Virus record (IMG/VR): IMGVR_UViG_2756170246_000001
Coordinates: 4,509 to 68,508 of that record
Direction: 5' to 3' (one strand)
Source of the DNA: a virus
Taxonomy: Duplodnaviria > Caudoviricetes
DNA: 64,000 bases
Shown: piece after piece, positions 1 through 8,658 of the stretch
Layout of the letters: each line of letters begins with the position of its first letter
Position numbering within the stretch: the first letter of the stretch is position 1
Notes under the pieces: model-generated
Database searches by the model: none
Seen by the model: the letters and a program-made list of their open reading frames with translations, nothing else
Told to the model about the DNA's origin: nothing
Program-made: the position numbers and the translations under genes

Positions 1-210
1 GACAAGAACTTCGCCGGCCAGTTGGCGATCATCGACGCGATCTTCGGCACGTTTCAGGTTCCGCCAGGGGCCGAGACACCGGTCAAATACGGTGTCGACG
101 ACCCGATCCCGGCGAATTATTTTGGCCAGATCGGCTATCCGTTTTTGCCGCGAAAAGCTGAAATTGAGACAGATCAGCCCCATGCGCTAAAGCCAGATGG
201 CGGCGTCTGA
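1..210 (+). CDS. Sterol desaturase / fatty acid hydroxylase family protein, C-terminal part (5' end outside window)
   Basis: Frame 1 is open from base 1: DKNFAGQLAIIDAIFGTF matches the family's C-terminal N(F/Y)G...WD..FGT motif that follows the last His box. Confidence 0.7.
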   Translation, partial: DKNFAGQLAIIDAIFGTFQVPPGAETPVKYGVDDPIPANYFGQIGYPFLPRKAEIETDQPHALKPDGGV

Positions 211-1436
211 TTGAAGGCGCTGGCACCCAAGTTAACCGTGCCTTGATCGCCCGCTCCCGACAACGACAGGCCCGCGAAGAAACTTCCTGACGTCATTCCT
301 GTCGGCAGGGCAATGCCGCCAACTCCGGTAGCCGGATCAGCTGATCCATTGTTGTTCCAGTTGCCGGCGCCTTTGCGGCACCAGAACAAATTGGCTCCCC
401 GGTCGATCGCGATCGGAACGATGTTCCCTATCGTCAGTGCCCCAATCGACCCGGCTGAGGACCCGTTTTTATAGACGTTCCCGTCGTTATAGATCGCAAT
501 CCCGTTGGCATCGATGCCGAGAAGTGACGCCAACACGGCCGAGGAATTTCCAAACCCGGCACCAAAGAAGGAGCCAGAGCTATTCACGGTCCACTCAAAG
601 TAGAGCTTCTCGCTGCCGCTATATGAGTTGGTCGTTTTGACAGTGCTGCTGCCTGCGCTCAGAGCCGTTGCGGTTAAGTTGATGTTCGACAGCGATATCG
701 GGCCTGCCTTGTCAGCAGGGTTTAACATTCCGCCGACATGCACGAAGAACGAAGCCGCCAGGCCCCAGACCGCGTTGCTCAAAGCCAGCGTGGCCGCGAC
801 GTCGTTGGTGTCCGCGTTTTCCGTTGTCAGGAATGACTTTGATAGAACCTTCAGGAAACCCGATGTCGTGAGGTCATCCTGTGTCGGCGTGTCGATGCCG
901 GAATAGGTGAGACCCAGCGTATCCGTTGCGCCAGCACGCGCATGAGCGAGAACGAAGCCGCCAGCGGCCACGGCAAGGTCACTCAAGGCCATTGACGTCG
1001 TGCCGCTGTCGAAGTTGGCAAGGACATCCAACAGGACCATGTTGGCCGTGGTCGTCTCATAGGCCGAGCCTACGCATGTCGTGCAGGCAGCGCTCGTGGT
1101 GATGACAAAGGTTGCAGCCACGCCGGCCGGGACGTCGGAGTAGTAGAGACCCTGGCGACCTGCAGTGGAACCAGGGCCGTCAGTGATACGCGTGGCCCCA
1201 ACGCTGTTGTTGACCACGGACGTAATGTTGGTCGATGCACCGCCAACGGCGAAACCGAGAAAAACACGCCTAGCATAGCCGACTGTGCCGAACGACAGGA
1301 TAAACGTCGTGGATGCCGCTGCGGTGTCGACCTGTGTCGAGAGGAATTCATAAATCACAGGCCCGCCGCCGCCTCCAGATGGGCGCCGGCCGCCAAATCC
1401 GATTAGGTTGTTGACCTTAAGCATCGTTGGCGGCAT
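174..1436 (-). CDS. Tail fibre/receptor-binding-like protein with C-terminal SPRY/concanavalin-like domain
   Basis: Last gene of the tail operon; G/S/T-rich beta protein; C-terminal LNPADK...LSN.NLTA...YFEWTV...GAGFG pattern resembles SPRY. Confidence 0.6.
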   Translation of the reverse strand: MPPTMLKVNNLIGFGGRRPSGGGGGPVIYEFLSTQVDTAAASTTFILSFGTVGYARRVFLGFAVGGASTNITSVVNNSVGATRITDGPGSTAGRQGLYYSDVPAGVAATFVITTSAACTTCVGSAYETTTANMVLLDVLANFDSGTTSMALSDLAVAAGGFVLAHARAGATDTLGLTYSGIDTPTQDDLTTSGFLKVLSKSFLTTENADTNDVAATLALSNAVWGLAASFFVHVGGMLNPADKAGPISLSNINLTATALSAGSSTVKTTNSYSGSEKLYFEWTVNSSGSFFGAGFGNSSAVLASLLGIDANGIAIYNDGNVYKNGSSAGSIGALTIGNIVPIAIDRGANLFWCRKGAGNWNNNGSADPATGVGGIALPTGMTSGSFFAGLSLSGAGDQGTVNLGASAFNQTPPSGFSAWG

Positions 1437-3213
1437 TCGTCGTGTAGAAGAGCTTGATACCGATCAGACGCATGTCCTCGCTCATGTCGTCATTGCCATC
1501 CGAAACAACACGCTGTACCCGGAAAAGGCATAGATCCCCCTCCACAGGCGAACCGGCGATTGTCACCGCCGAGCTCTCGGCCGTCACCAGCAACTCAAGC
1601 GCGCCAGACTGCGCATCGTCAGTCACGACAACGGGTGTTCCAACCGCCGTGTCGAGCGCTTCATTGTCGGACATAGCCACGCCCGCCAGCGAGATCGCCA
1701 CGCCGTCGGTGTCTGTTGCCGACGTCGTCCACCATGCCTGGAAGGTGACGGTACCTTCATCCCAGCCCTTCGGCATGGCGATATCGAACCACGCCTGCTC
1801 GGCCGTCGTGGCATCGAAGTCGAGGACGGAGAAGTTGACCTTATTCGAAGACGTCTCGACCTGCCCCGTAGACGGCCCGTTTGTCGTGGCGGCGAGCATC
1901 GCCGAGGCTGGCACCCAAATGGTCTGCTTGCCCGTCGCCGCACCGGAGACGACAGCTGTGCCATCGGCGCGGGTGTAGTAAAGGCAGATGACATTGTCGC
2001 TGGCATCCTGAGCGAAGCAGGCGCGATCCCCTGCGGCCGTGGTGATGTTTGCCCCACCTGGCAGCTTCAGCGTCGTCGCGTTGTGGGTAAGCGTCAGGAT
2101 GCCATCAAAGATCACCCATGCTACTCGCCCATCCTTCGCCGTCGCCCAATCGATATCGGTGATCGTGGTCGTACCGGTGATGTGGAAGAAGCCGCCTTCG
2201 CCCAACGCGGTGGTTGTCGCGCTTGCGACGTCGGCGCCCTTCTCCCATAGGGCGGCGAGGGCATCGGCGGTGACACCCTTTGAAGTGTCGGTGCCAGTCA
2301 GGACTTCAGTTGTCGAGGCGGCGGTGAAGCCGCCAATGCCTGCCTGGGCGAAGGCCAGCGAGGTCGATCCGACCGTGATCGGGGCGTTGGTCGTGCACGT
2401 CCATTGCGTGTCGGCCAGCGTCGTGCCTTCGCTGACATAGACTGATGCATTGACCAACTCGGCTCCGGCATCCGCGTCGGTCGCGCGCGTCGGTGCACCG
2501 CTGGCATTGACCGTGTAGATGCCGTTTTCAGAGGCGCTGGACTGGTTCTTGATGAGGATGCGATCGCCGGTGGCGAGGGTGACGCCATCGATCGCGTCAC
2601 CATTCTCGAACGAGCTCGCCAGCGTGCCGGCGACCGTGGTGGCGGCGCGCACCGCCTGTTTCCAGGACAGACCGGTGACCTTGCCGTCGACATAGGTCTT
2701 TATGCCTTTTTCGGTGGTAACCTTGGCGTCCGACGCGGAGGCCATCGTGCCGTCGGTCGAGATCGCGACGCCGCCATCCTGAATGGTCTGGCCGTCGGTA
2801 CCGTTGAACGTCGCGATGTTGCCGCTGACCGAACTCCCTGGACCGGTGACGTTGCCCAAGCCGCCGCTTGAGCCGACGAGCACCCATGTGCCGCCGACGT
2901 CATAGTAGTAGAATGCATCCTCGTCGGCGGCATAGGCCTGTGCGCCTGGAAGCGCCGGGATGAACTGCCACGCGCCATTGAAGAAATTGGCGATCGCCTC
3001 ACCATGGCCCGACCATGCTCCCGTCGGTGATCCGCCGAGCACATACTGATCGCCCTCTGCGGGAGATCCCGGCGGACTGGTGTCGCCGACGGACACACAG
3101 CCGTACAGGGCGGCGCCGGCCTCGAGCTTGGCGACCGCCTCATTGACCGTGGTGTGTCGATTGTTCTGCGTCTCGGCAAGTTCGGTGATGCCGAGCCGAT
3201 TGGAAGTCGTCAT
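1417..3213 (-). CDS. DUF2793-domain tail fibre protein
   Basis: N-terminal RLGITELAETQNNRHTTVNEAVAKLE and PPGSPAEGDQY..GG.PTGAWSG...W.F motif; internal WKQAVRAATT...DGVTLATGDRILIKNQ fibre module. Confidence 0.8.
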   Translation of the reverse strand: MTTSNRLGITELAETQNNRHTTVNEAVAKLEAGAALYGCVSVGDTSPPGSPAEGDQYVLGGSPTGAWSGHGEAIANFFNGAWQFIPALPGAQAYAADEDAFYYYDVGGTWVLVGSSGGLGNVTGPGSSVSGNIATFNGTDGQTIQDGGVAISTDGTMASASDAKVTTEKGIKTYVDGKVTGLSWKQAVRAATTVAGTLASSFENGDAIDGVTLATGDRILIKNQSSASENGIYTVNASGAPTRATDADAGAELVNASVYVSEGTTLADTQWTCTTNAPITVGSTSLAFAQAGIGGFTAASTTEVLTGTDTSKGVTADALAALWEKGADVASATTTALGEGGFFHITGTTTITDIDWATAKDGRVAWVIFDGILTLTHNATTLKLPGGANITTAAGDRACFAQDASDNVICLYYTRADGTAVVSGAATGKQTIWVPASAMLAATTNGPSTGQVETSSNKVNFSVLDFDATTAEQAWFDIAMPKGWDEGTVTFQAWWTTSATDTDGVAISLAGVAMSDNEALDTAVGTPVVVTDDAQSGALELLVTAESSAVTIAGSPVEGDLCLFRVQRVVSDGNDDMSEDMRLIGIKLFYTTNAANDA

Positions 3214-6200
3214 GCCGCTTCTCTCAGTTCGATGCCGTCGCCATAGACCGCGGAGACCTGGGCGAGACCGAATTCAAGGGTTGTCTGGGGTGAGCCGAAA
3301 TCGGTCGTCTGATCGGCGGCGGTATAGGTATAGGTTTCGGTGGCGGCGTCGTAGCTGTTCAGCAGGACGCCCATGCCGTCGTAGATGTTGATGGCATAGG
3401 CCTCCGATGCCTCGCTCATCGGCGGTGTCTCCGGCCCGCTCTCCGGCCATGCCTGGCCGAGCCGATCGCGACGGTTGAAGACGAAGGTCCAGTCACCGGT
3501 GCCAGCGTCTCTGGTCGCGCTCACGAGCTGCGGCGACCATGGCCGCAGACCCTTGCCGTTGTTGGTGAAGGTGACGGCTCCTGTGGAATCGAACACCGTC
3601 GAGGTCGGCACCGCGACATAGATGCGCGCCAGCGTGCGGTCTCCCTCCAGGCTTCGCGTCATCGCCTGGTCATCGAGGTGATAGACCGTGGCGCCGGCGG
3701 CGTGCCCAGCCATGGCGAATTCGGTACCCTTCAAGCCGCGCAGCAGCGTCGACAGCGTCCAGGTGCCGTCCATGTTGTCGACGACGGAAGCGGCGCGGAT
3801 ATACTCCCAATCGCCAACGCTGGCGTTCCAGACGGCGAAGCCGTTGGTGGTCTCGCTGGCGAGCAGCGCGTCCTCGCTGACGCTGGCGGGCGGGCTGCCA
3901 ATCGGAACCGCGATGTTGAAGGCCGTTGCGCGATCCCATGCGGCGGGATGCGCGCGATCCGGCAGCGCGTCGAGCGCGATGCCACGGATCATGCCGTTGA
4001 CGAAGCCCGCCCACGGCAAGTACGTGGAACCGCCATCCTCTGACCGATAGATCGAGGCTGAGCGGAACGTGCCGGCCGAGGTCACCGCGACGCCGGTGTA
4101 AAAGCCGTCATTGTTGTCGGCGCCGCGCAGCAGGTGGCCGTCGATCAGCACCGGGGTGGCATCAGCGATCCCGAGCAGCGAATCGATGACGTAAGGTGTC
4201 TGGCCGCCGACGGCCTCCGATGTGAAGCTGTCGCCGCGCTTGCGGAACTCCATCTCGACGACGGTGTCGCCGCTCATCTTGGTCAGCACCGCCTTAGCGG
4301 TCCTTCCCTCATCCAATGGCAAGGTGACGACCTGACCGGGATGCAGATCCATGTGCTTCGGGCCGACATTGGTCTTGTAGACCGTGGCGGCGTCGAGCAA
4401 CGAGTTGAACATCACATCCGCCACCTGGGCGGCGTCGTCATCCTTGAGGACCTGAGATGTCGAAAACGCAAGGCCTCGCTTGCGTCTCACCTTGATCGGC
4501 GCACCGGTTTCGTCGGCCTGCGAGGGTTCGTCGTTGAACTTCTCGTCTTCCTTCGTCGTTCCCGCCTGCGCACCGATGCGGTAGGCGGCGTCATAACTCG
4601 GATAGGTGATGATAACCTGTTCCGGCATGTCGAGCGCCGAGGGATATTCTTCGCTGATCGAGACAGGATCCGGTTCCGCATTGAGCGCGACGCCGACATC
4701 ATCGATCGACAGCGTGCGAAACGATGCGGTCTGGCGCGGAAAAAAGGTCTGGATGCCATCGATCTGCGCCCAATCGACGAAGTTGACGCGGGTGAGATCC
4801 TCGATGACACCGCGCGGTGGTGTTCCGGCGCGATCGCCATAGCCATAGATGCCCGATGTCACCGCGGAGGCATCACCGATCAGACCCGCATAGTCGCATT
4901 CCGCCTCGAGCACTTCCGACAACAGGACGGGTGTGCGAGCGAGGCGAGGGACGAACATCAGGTAGCCTTCAAGCGGCTGCCAGATCACCCCGAATCCGGC
5001 CGATACCCCGGAGAGGTAGCCAGGGGCATCGAAGCCCCATGTGCCAGCCGTTGACGTCGTCGCATAATCAGCCAACTTGGTGAGATCGGAAATGCGGTAC
5101 TCGACGATCCGGTGATCTTCCGGCGCCGAAAATACCAGCGTGTTTGAGGCGCCAAGAGCGCGACGCGACAGCAGTTGATCCGGTATACCTGACGCGTTCC
5201 AGCCGCCATTCGAGATCGATCGAAGCAGCGTCCCCATATCGGCCGAATAGACGTAAATATTTCCCTTCGCGCCGAACACGACGACGCTGTCGGATTCATC
5301 GTCGTAGAAGATGGCGCGGATACCCTGAACTGTGCCGAGCACGGGCAGCGTGAAACTGGCGTCGACGATGGAGAGAGAATTGGTATCCCATGAGGAATGA
5401 TGCAGGACCGTCGAATTGCCGGTGCTCCAATAGATACGATCAGGCCCGCAGCTCAGGATTTGCGGTTTGCCGGCAAGATCGAGAGACCAGCCCAGGTTCC
5501 AGCCGGTACCGATGTTGCTGAGCAGCGAAAGCTTGTCCTCACGCGCCATCAAAATGTAGGAGACGCCGCCGATCGAGGTCTCGCAGGAGCAATTGATGTT
5601 GTCCTTTGGCAGGGATTGCAGCACACCGGTCACGACCTGCTTCTGAGCGCCGGTGGCGAGGTCGTACACATGGACTTCATCGGCATTTATATTGCCGACA
5701 AGCACATCGTTGCGCGATGAAATGATGACGCCGGTCGGCGGGAAACCGAGATCGATGGCCTTGCGCACCGTGCCCGAAGGCAGCGAATAGATGGTCAGTA
5801 TCCCGCCCAATCCATCATTGGCTGCCATCGCAAAGGCGTCACCGTTGATATCGGTGAGGTGGCTTGAGACGGTGGAACCAACATCGATGCTGAGATACGC
5901 GCTCGCGCTTTGCTTGAGCAGTTCACCTTCCATGTTGGGGATACGAAGGCCGAACTCGTCGAGCGGCAGGTTTTTCACCACCACATAGACGATGCCGGGC
6001 CATGCGGGAACGTTGCCGGCACCGCGGTCGGCCTCGATATCAGGATCCGGCTCCTGGTCATCGGTGCCGAGGTAGACCTTGATCGAGGCGCCCTTGGCGA
6101 CGCCGATGCCCTTGCCGCCATTGGCGATGGCGTGCTGGAGCGATTCCGCCGAGATGTCGAAGATCAGCTTGTCGTCGGCCCAGATGCGCGTGACACCAGA

Positions 6201-6551
6201 TGCCGGCCCGTTCCAGGCAAAGGCAACGGCAAAGGTTGCGGTGTAACTGTAGGTCGTCACCTCCGGACCGAGGGCTTTACCCTGGCGTTCCGTCTTGACG
6301 TGCTCGTCGATATGGTTGCCCTTGAGCCATATGACAGCTCCGGCCGTTCGGATCGCACCATGCCAGCGGGTGAGCTGGTCGCCATATTGCGAGGTCTGCG
6401 CCTTCAGGCTTTCGGCGCGCGGGCCTTTGATCTTCTGTGGGAAGAGGAAGGCGACGGCGAGCTTGAGGCCGAAGCCAACGGCGGTTTCAACGATGCCACC
6501 CAGCAAACCACCACCAACAGCGGCACCGGCGGCAGCGGCTATGAAGGCCAT
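3210..6551 (-). CDS. Tail tip / host-specificity protein (gpJ-like, GTA orf15-like)
   Basis: Start reassigned to MAFIAAAAGAAVGGG (ATG 6551). Contains SQYG..L.R.HG..R..G.VIW, RIWADDKLI, VPAWPGIVYVV..NLPLDEFG.RIPN, and late LSTLLRGLKGTE and RRDR motifs. Confidence 0.85.
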   Translation of the reverse strand: MAFIAAAAGAAVGGGLLGGIVETAVGFGLKLAVAFLFPQKIKGPRAESLKAQTSQYGDQLTRWHGAIRTAGAVIWLKGNHIDEHVKTERQGKALGPEVTTYSYTATFAVAFAWNGPASGVTRIWADDKLIFDISAESLQHAIANGGKGIGVAKGASIKVYLGTDDQEPDPDIEADRGAGNVPAWPGIVYVVVKNLPLDEFGLRIPNMEGELLKQSASAYLSIDVGSTVSSHLTDINGDAFAMAANDGLGGILTIYSLPSGTVRKAIDLGFPPTGVIISSRNDVLVGNINADEVHVYDLATGAQKQVVTGVLQSLPKDNINCSCETSIGGVSYILMAREDKLSLLSNIGTGWNLGWSLDLAGKPQILSCGPDRIYWSTGNSTVLHHSSWDTNSLSIVDASFTLPVLGTVQGIRAIFYDDESDSVVVFGAKGNIYVYSADMGTLLRSISNGGWNASGIPDQLLSRRALGASNTLVFSAPEDHRIVEYRISDLTKLADYATTSTAGTWGFDAPGYLSGVSAGFGVIWQPLEGYLMFVPRLARTPVLLSEVLEAECDYAGLIGDASAVTSGIYGYGDRAGTPPRGVIEDLTRVNFVDWAQIDGIQTFFPRQTASFRTLSIDDVGVALNAEPDPVSISEEYPSALDMPEQVIITYPSYDAAYRIGAQAGTTKEDEKFNDEPSQADETGAPIKVRRKRGLAFSTSQVLKDDDAAQVADVMFNSLLDAATVYKTNVGPKHMDLHPGQVVTLPLDEGRTAKAVLTKMSGDTVVEMEFRKRGDSFTSEAVGGQTPYVIDSLLGIADATPVLIDGHLLRGADNNDGFYTGVAVTSAGTFRSASIYRSEDGGSTYLPWAGFVNGMIRGIALDALPDRAHPAAWDRATAFNIAVPIGSPPASVSEDALLASETTNGFAVWNASVGDWEYIRAASVVDNMDGTWTLSTLLRGLKGTEFAMAGHAAGATVYHLDDQAMTRSLEGDRTLARIYVAVPTSTVFDSTGAVTFTNNGKGLRPWSPQLVSATRDAGTGDWTFVFNRRDRLGQAWPESGPETPPMSEASEAYAINIYDGMGVLLNSYDAATETYTYTAADQTTDFGSPQTTLEFGLAQVSAVYGDGIELREAA

Positions 6552-6940
6552 TTGGGCCTCCACAGCATCAGCGGCGGGAACTGCAGACCAGTATCGACGA
6601 CATTGGATTTGGGGCCGAGCGCCTGGATGACACGCTTCGGCGCCAAACCGTCGACCTCGGAGACGATCGCCATGTGCAGGGTTTGCGTCGTCTTGAACAG
6701 CACGACATCGCCGATCTCGGGTGCACCGACACGATCGCAGAACACCTCGAGATATCGCCTGGCCTGCCGATAGTCCTGCATCCGGCCGTAGTCGGCCGCC
6801 AGCGGGGCGTCGATGCCGATGGCGCGCATCGACAGCACGATGAGGCCAACGCAATCCATGCCCTTGTCGGTGCGGCCCTGGTGCACCCAGGGGACGCCGA
6901 GAAAGCCGCGTGCCGCGGCGACGAAGGCTTCAGCGCTCAT
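6539..6940 (-). CDS. NlpC/P60 family tail-associated peptidase
   Basis: ARGFLGVPWVHQGR...GMDCVGL (catalytic Cys) plus downstream HMAI His; canonical position before the tail tip gene. Confidence 0.88.
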   Translation of the reverse strand: MSAEAFVAAARGFLGVPWVHQGRTDKGMDCVGLIVLSMRAIGIDAPLAADYGRMQDYRQARRYLEVFCDRVGAPEIGDVVLFKTTQTLHMAIVSEVDGLAPKRVIQALGPKSNVVDTGLQFPPLMLWRPKWPS

Positions 6941-6941
6941 G

Positions 6942-8006
6942 TCAGCCCTTCGGTGCGGTTGCGGTGATGTTTTCGCCGGCGAGGAAGTCGAAGCCGCCGT
7001 AGCGAAGCGTCAAGGTGCGCGAGTTGTGCGCGTTGTCGTGTTTGCCGACGCAGTCCTCGAGGCGCCGATGCCGGCAGCCGACAAGCGCCTCGAAGGTGTC
7101 GCCGATCTGGATGTCATCGTAGGCGCCGAGGTGCAGCACCAGCGTTCCGGTGCCGTTGTCGGAGCGGACACGGCGCTTGTCGCCGGCGTTGTCGCCGGTC
7201 AGGAAGGTGATGAAGCCCTCGCCGAAATAGTCGCCGACGACCGTTATCCCGGTCGCAACGATGGTGCGGCGATCGACCAACGCCGTCACCGTGCCGATTA
7301 GGCGGCGGGCGCGGACCGCGGTCCAGGTCACGGTGCCATCGACCACGGTGCCGCCGAGTGTGGTCGGCCATGTCGGTTCGGCGACATCGCTGGTGCCCGC
7401 GACCGTCGCCTTGAACCAGTAGATCCCGGCGCCGGTCAGCCGCTTGACGAGACCATGGAGCGCATAGTCCGTCGTGTCAGCCCAGGCATCGGCTCGGGTC
7501 GGGATACCGCAATCGAGATCGCCGTAGGATTTATAGCAGTTCGCCGACAGCGTGACGCCGACAGGCTGCTCGAGGCGCTTCTCCGGCCCCATCATCTCCA
7601 GCCGCGAGACCATTCCCTTGATGTCGGATTGACCGAAATCATAGGTGCAGTAGAGCCAGGGGTGCGCCAGATCGGTCGGCACCACATAGCCGATGATGGC
7701 CATGGCGTTGTCGAAGCGGCCGCGGCGGACGTCGCTCGCCGTCATTGTCGTGGCGCCGAGGATGATCGTGAAATCGCGGTCGTCGATCGGTGCGTTGATC
7801 TGCGCGGAAAACGCGGACAACTGCTGGAACTGGAACGGTGAGAACGTCTCGACGCCTTCACCATCGAGATCGACGTCGAGCGGTTCGTCCCATTCGGTGA
7901 GCGCTATCCTGGTGCCGTTGGCGAGGATGATCAGCACGATCGCGGGCAGCGCGAAGGAATCGGAATTGATCGCTGCCAGGACGCTCGCCGGTACTGTCCT
8001 AGGCAT
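6942..8006 (-). CDS. DUF2163 / BR0599-family baseplate hub protein (GTA orf13-like)
   Basis: ANCYKSYGDLDCG motif and C-terminal GDTFEALVGC...DCVGKHDN...YGGF motif; position between DUF2460 and NlpC/P60 genes. Confidence 0.85.
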   Translation of the reverse strand: MPRTVPASVLAAINSDSFALPAIVLIILANGTRIALTEWDEPLDVDLDGEGVETFSPFQFQQLSAFSAQINAPIDDRDFTIILGATTMTASDVRRGRFDNAMAIIGYVVPTDLAHPWLYCTYDFGQSDIKGMVSRLEMMGPEKRLEQPVGVTLSANCYKSYGDLDCGIPTRADAWADTTDYALHGLVKRLTGAGIYWFKATVAGTSDVAEPTWPTTLGGTVVDGTVTWTAVRARRLIGTVTALVDRRTIVATGITVVGDYFGEGFITFLTGDNAGDKRRVRSDNGTGTLVLHLGAYDDIQIGDTFEALVGCRHRRLEDCVGKHDNAHNSRTLTLRYGGFDFLAGENITATAPKG

Positions 8007-8658
8007 CGAACGGCACCTCGACCAGCGGGATCGACGGCACCGATCCGACGCGGAAGAACTCCATGACGTGACCGAGATCGTTGGTGTCGAAGCGGACCTT
8101 CTCGTTGAAGGCGAAGCCGGCGGTCACAGCCTTCGTATCGGCGGGCTCGTGCCCAGCAATGAAGGTCAGGGCGCCGGTCGCATAGTCGATGATGTAGTCG
8201 ACCGCTTCGGTCTTCAGCACGCCATCGACGGCAACCAGAACGGTCCCCAATACCGGCAGATAGATGGTGCGATCGACAGCGATGACCGAGGCGTCAACCT
8301 TGGTGACCTTGTATTGCTTCTTCAACTGGAAGGCGAGATTGACGCCGTCGCCTATGCCGATCGCTGCATCGAGCGCCGTGACGGTGCCGGACGGCTTGCA
8401 GGTCTTGTAGTCGATCAGGTTCTGGATGGCGAACGAGTGCGCCGGACCGTCCATCACCTCGAAGAACGACAGGATGTCGTAGACGTCGTCGACGGTGCGG
8501 ATGTTCTTGCCGATGTTGCAGCGCCGCAGCCTGCGGGAACGCCTCGAACGGCGCTGGTCGTGGCCGGTGGGACCTCTGGCGATATCGACCAGGCTGACCG
8601 GTGCGAATTCGCTGCCCTGCGAGATCGAGCCCGGCAGCTTGGCATTGTAGAACGTCAT
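7999..8658 (-). CDS. DUF2460 distal tail protein (GTA orf12-like)
   Basis: GDGVNLAFQLKKQY, VLVAVDGV, VTAGFAFNEKVRFDTNDL motifs; directly after the tape measure gene. Confidence 0.85.
   Translation of the reverse strand: MTFYNAKLPGSISQGSEFAPVSLVDIARGPTGHDQRRSRRSRRLRRCNIGKNIRTVDDVYDILSFFEVMDGPAHSFAIQNLIDYKTCKPSGTVTALDAAIGIGDGVNLAFQLKKQYKVTKVDASVIAVDRTIYLPVLGTVLVAVDGVLKTEAVDYIIDYATGALTFIAGHEPADTKAVTAGFAFNEKVRFDTNDLGHVMEFFRVGSVPSIPLVEVPFDA

Noticed and set aside
6552-6854. N-terminal 101 aa of the 1214-aa tail tip ORF
   Set aside because: Overlaps the NlpC/P60 gene in another frame; the credible start is 6551.
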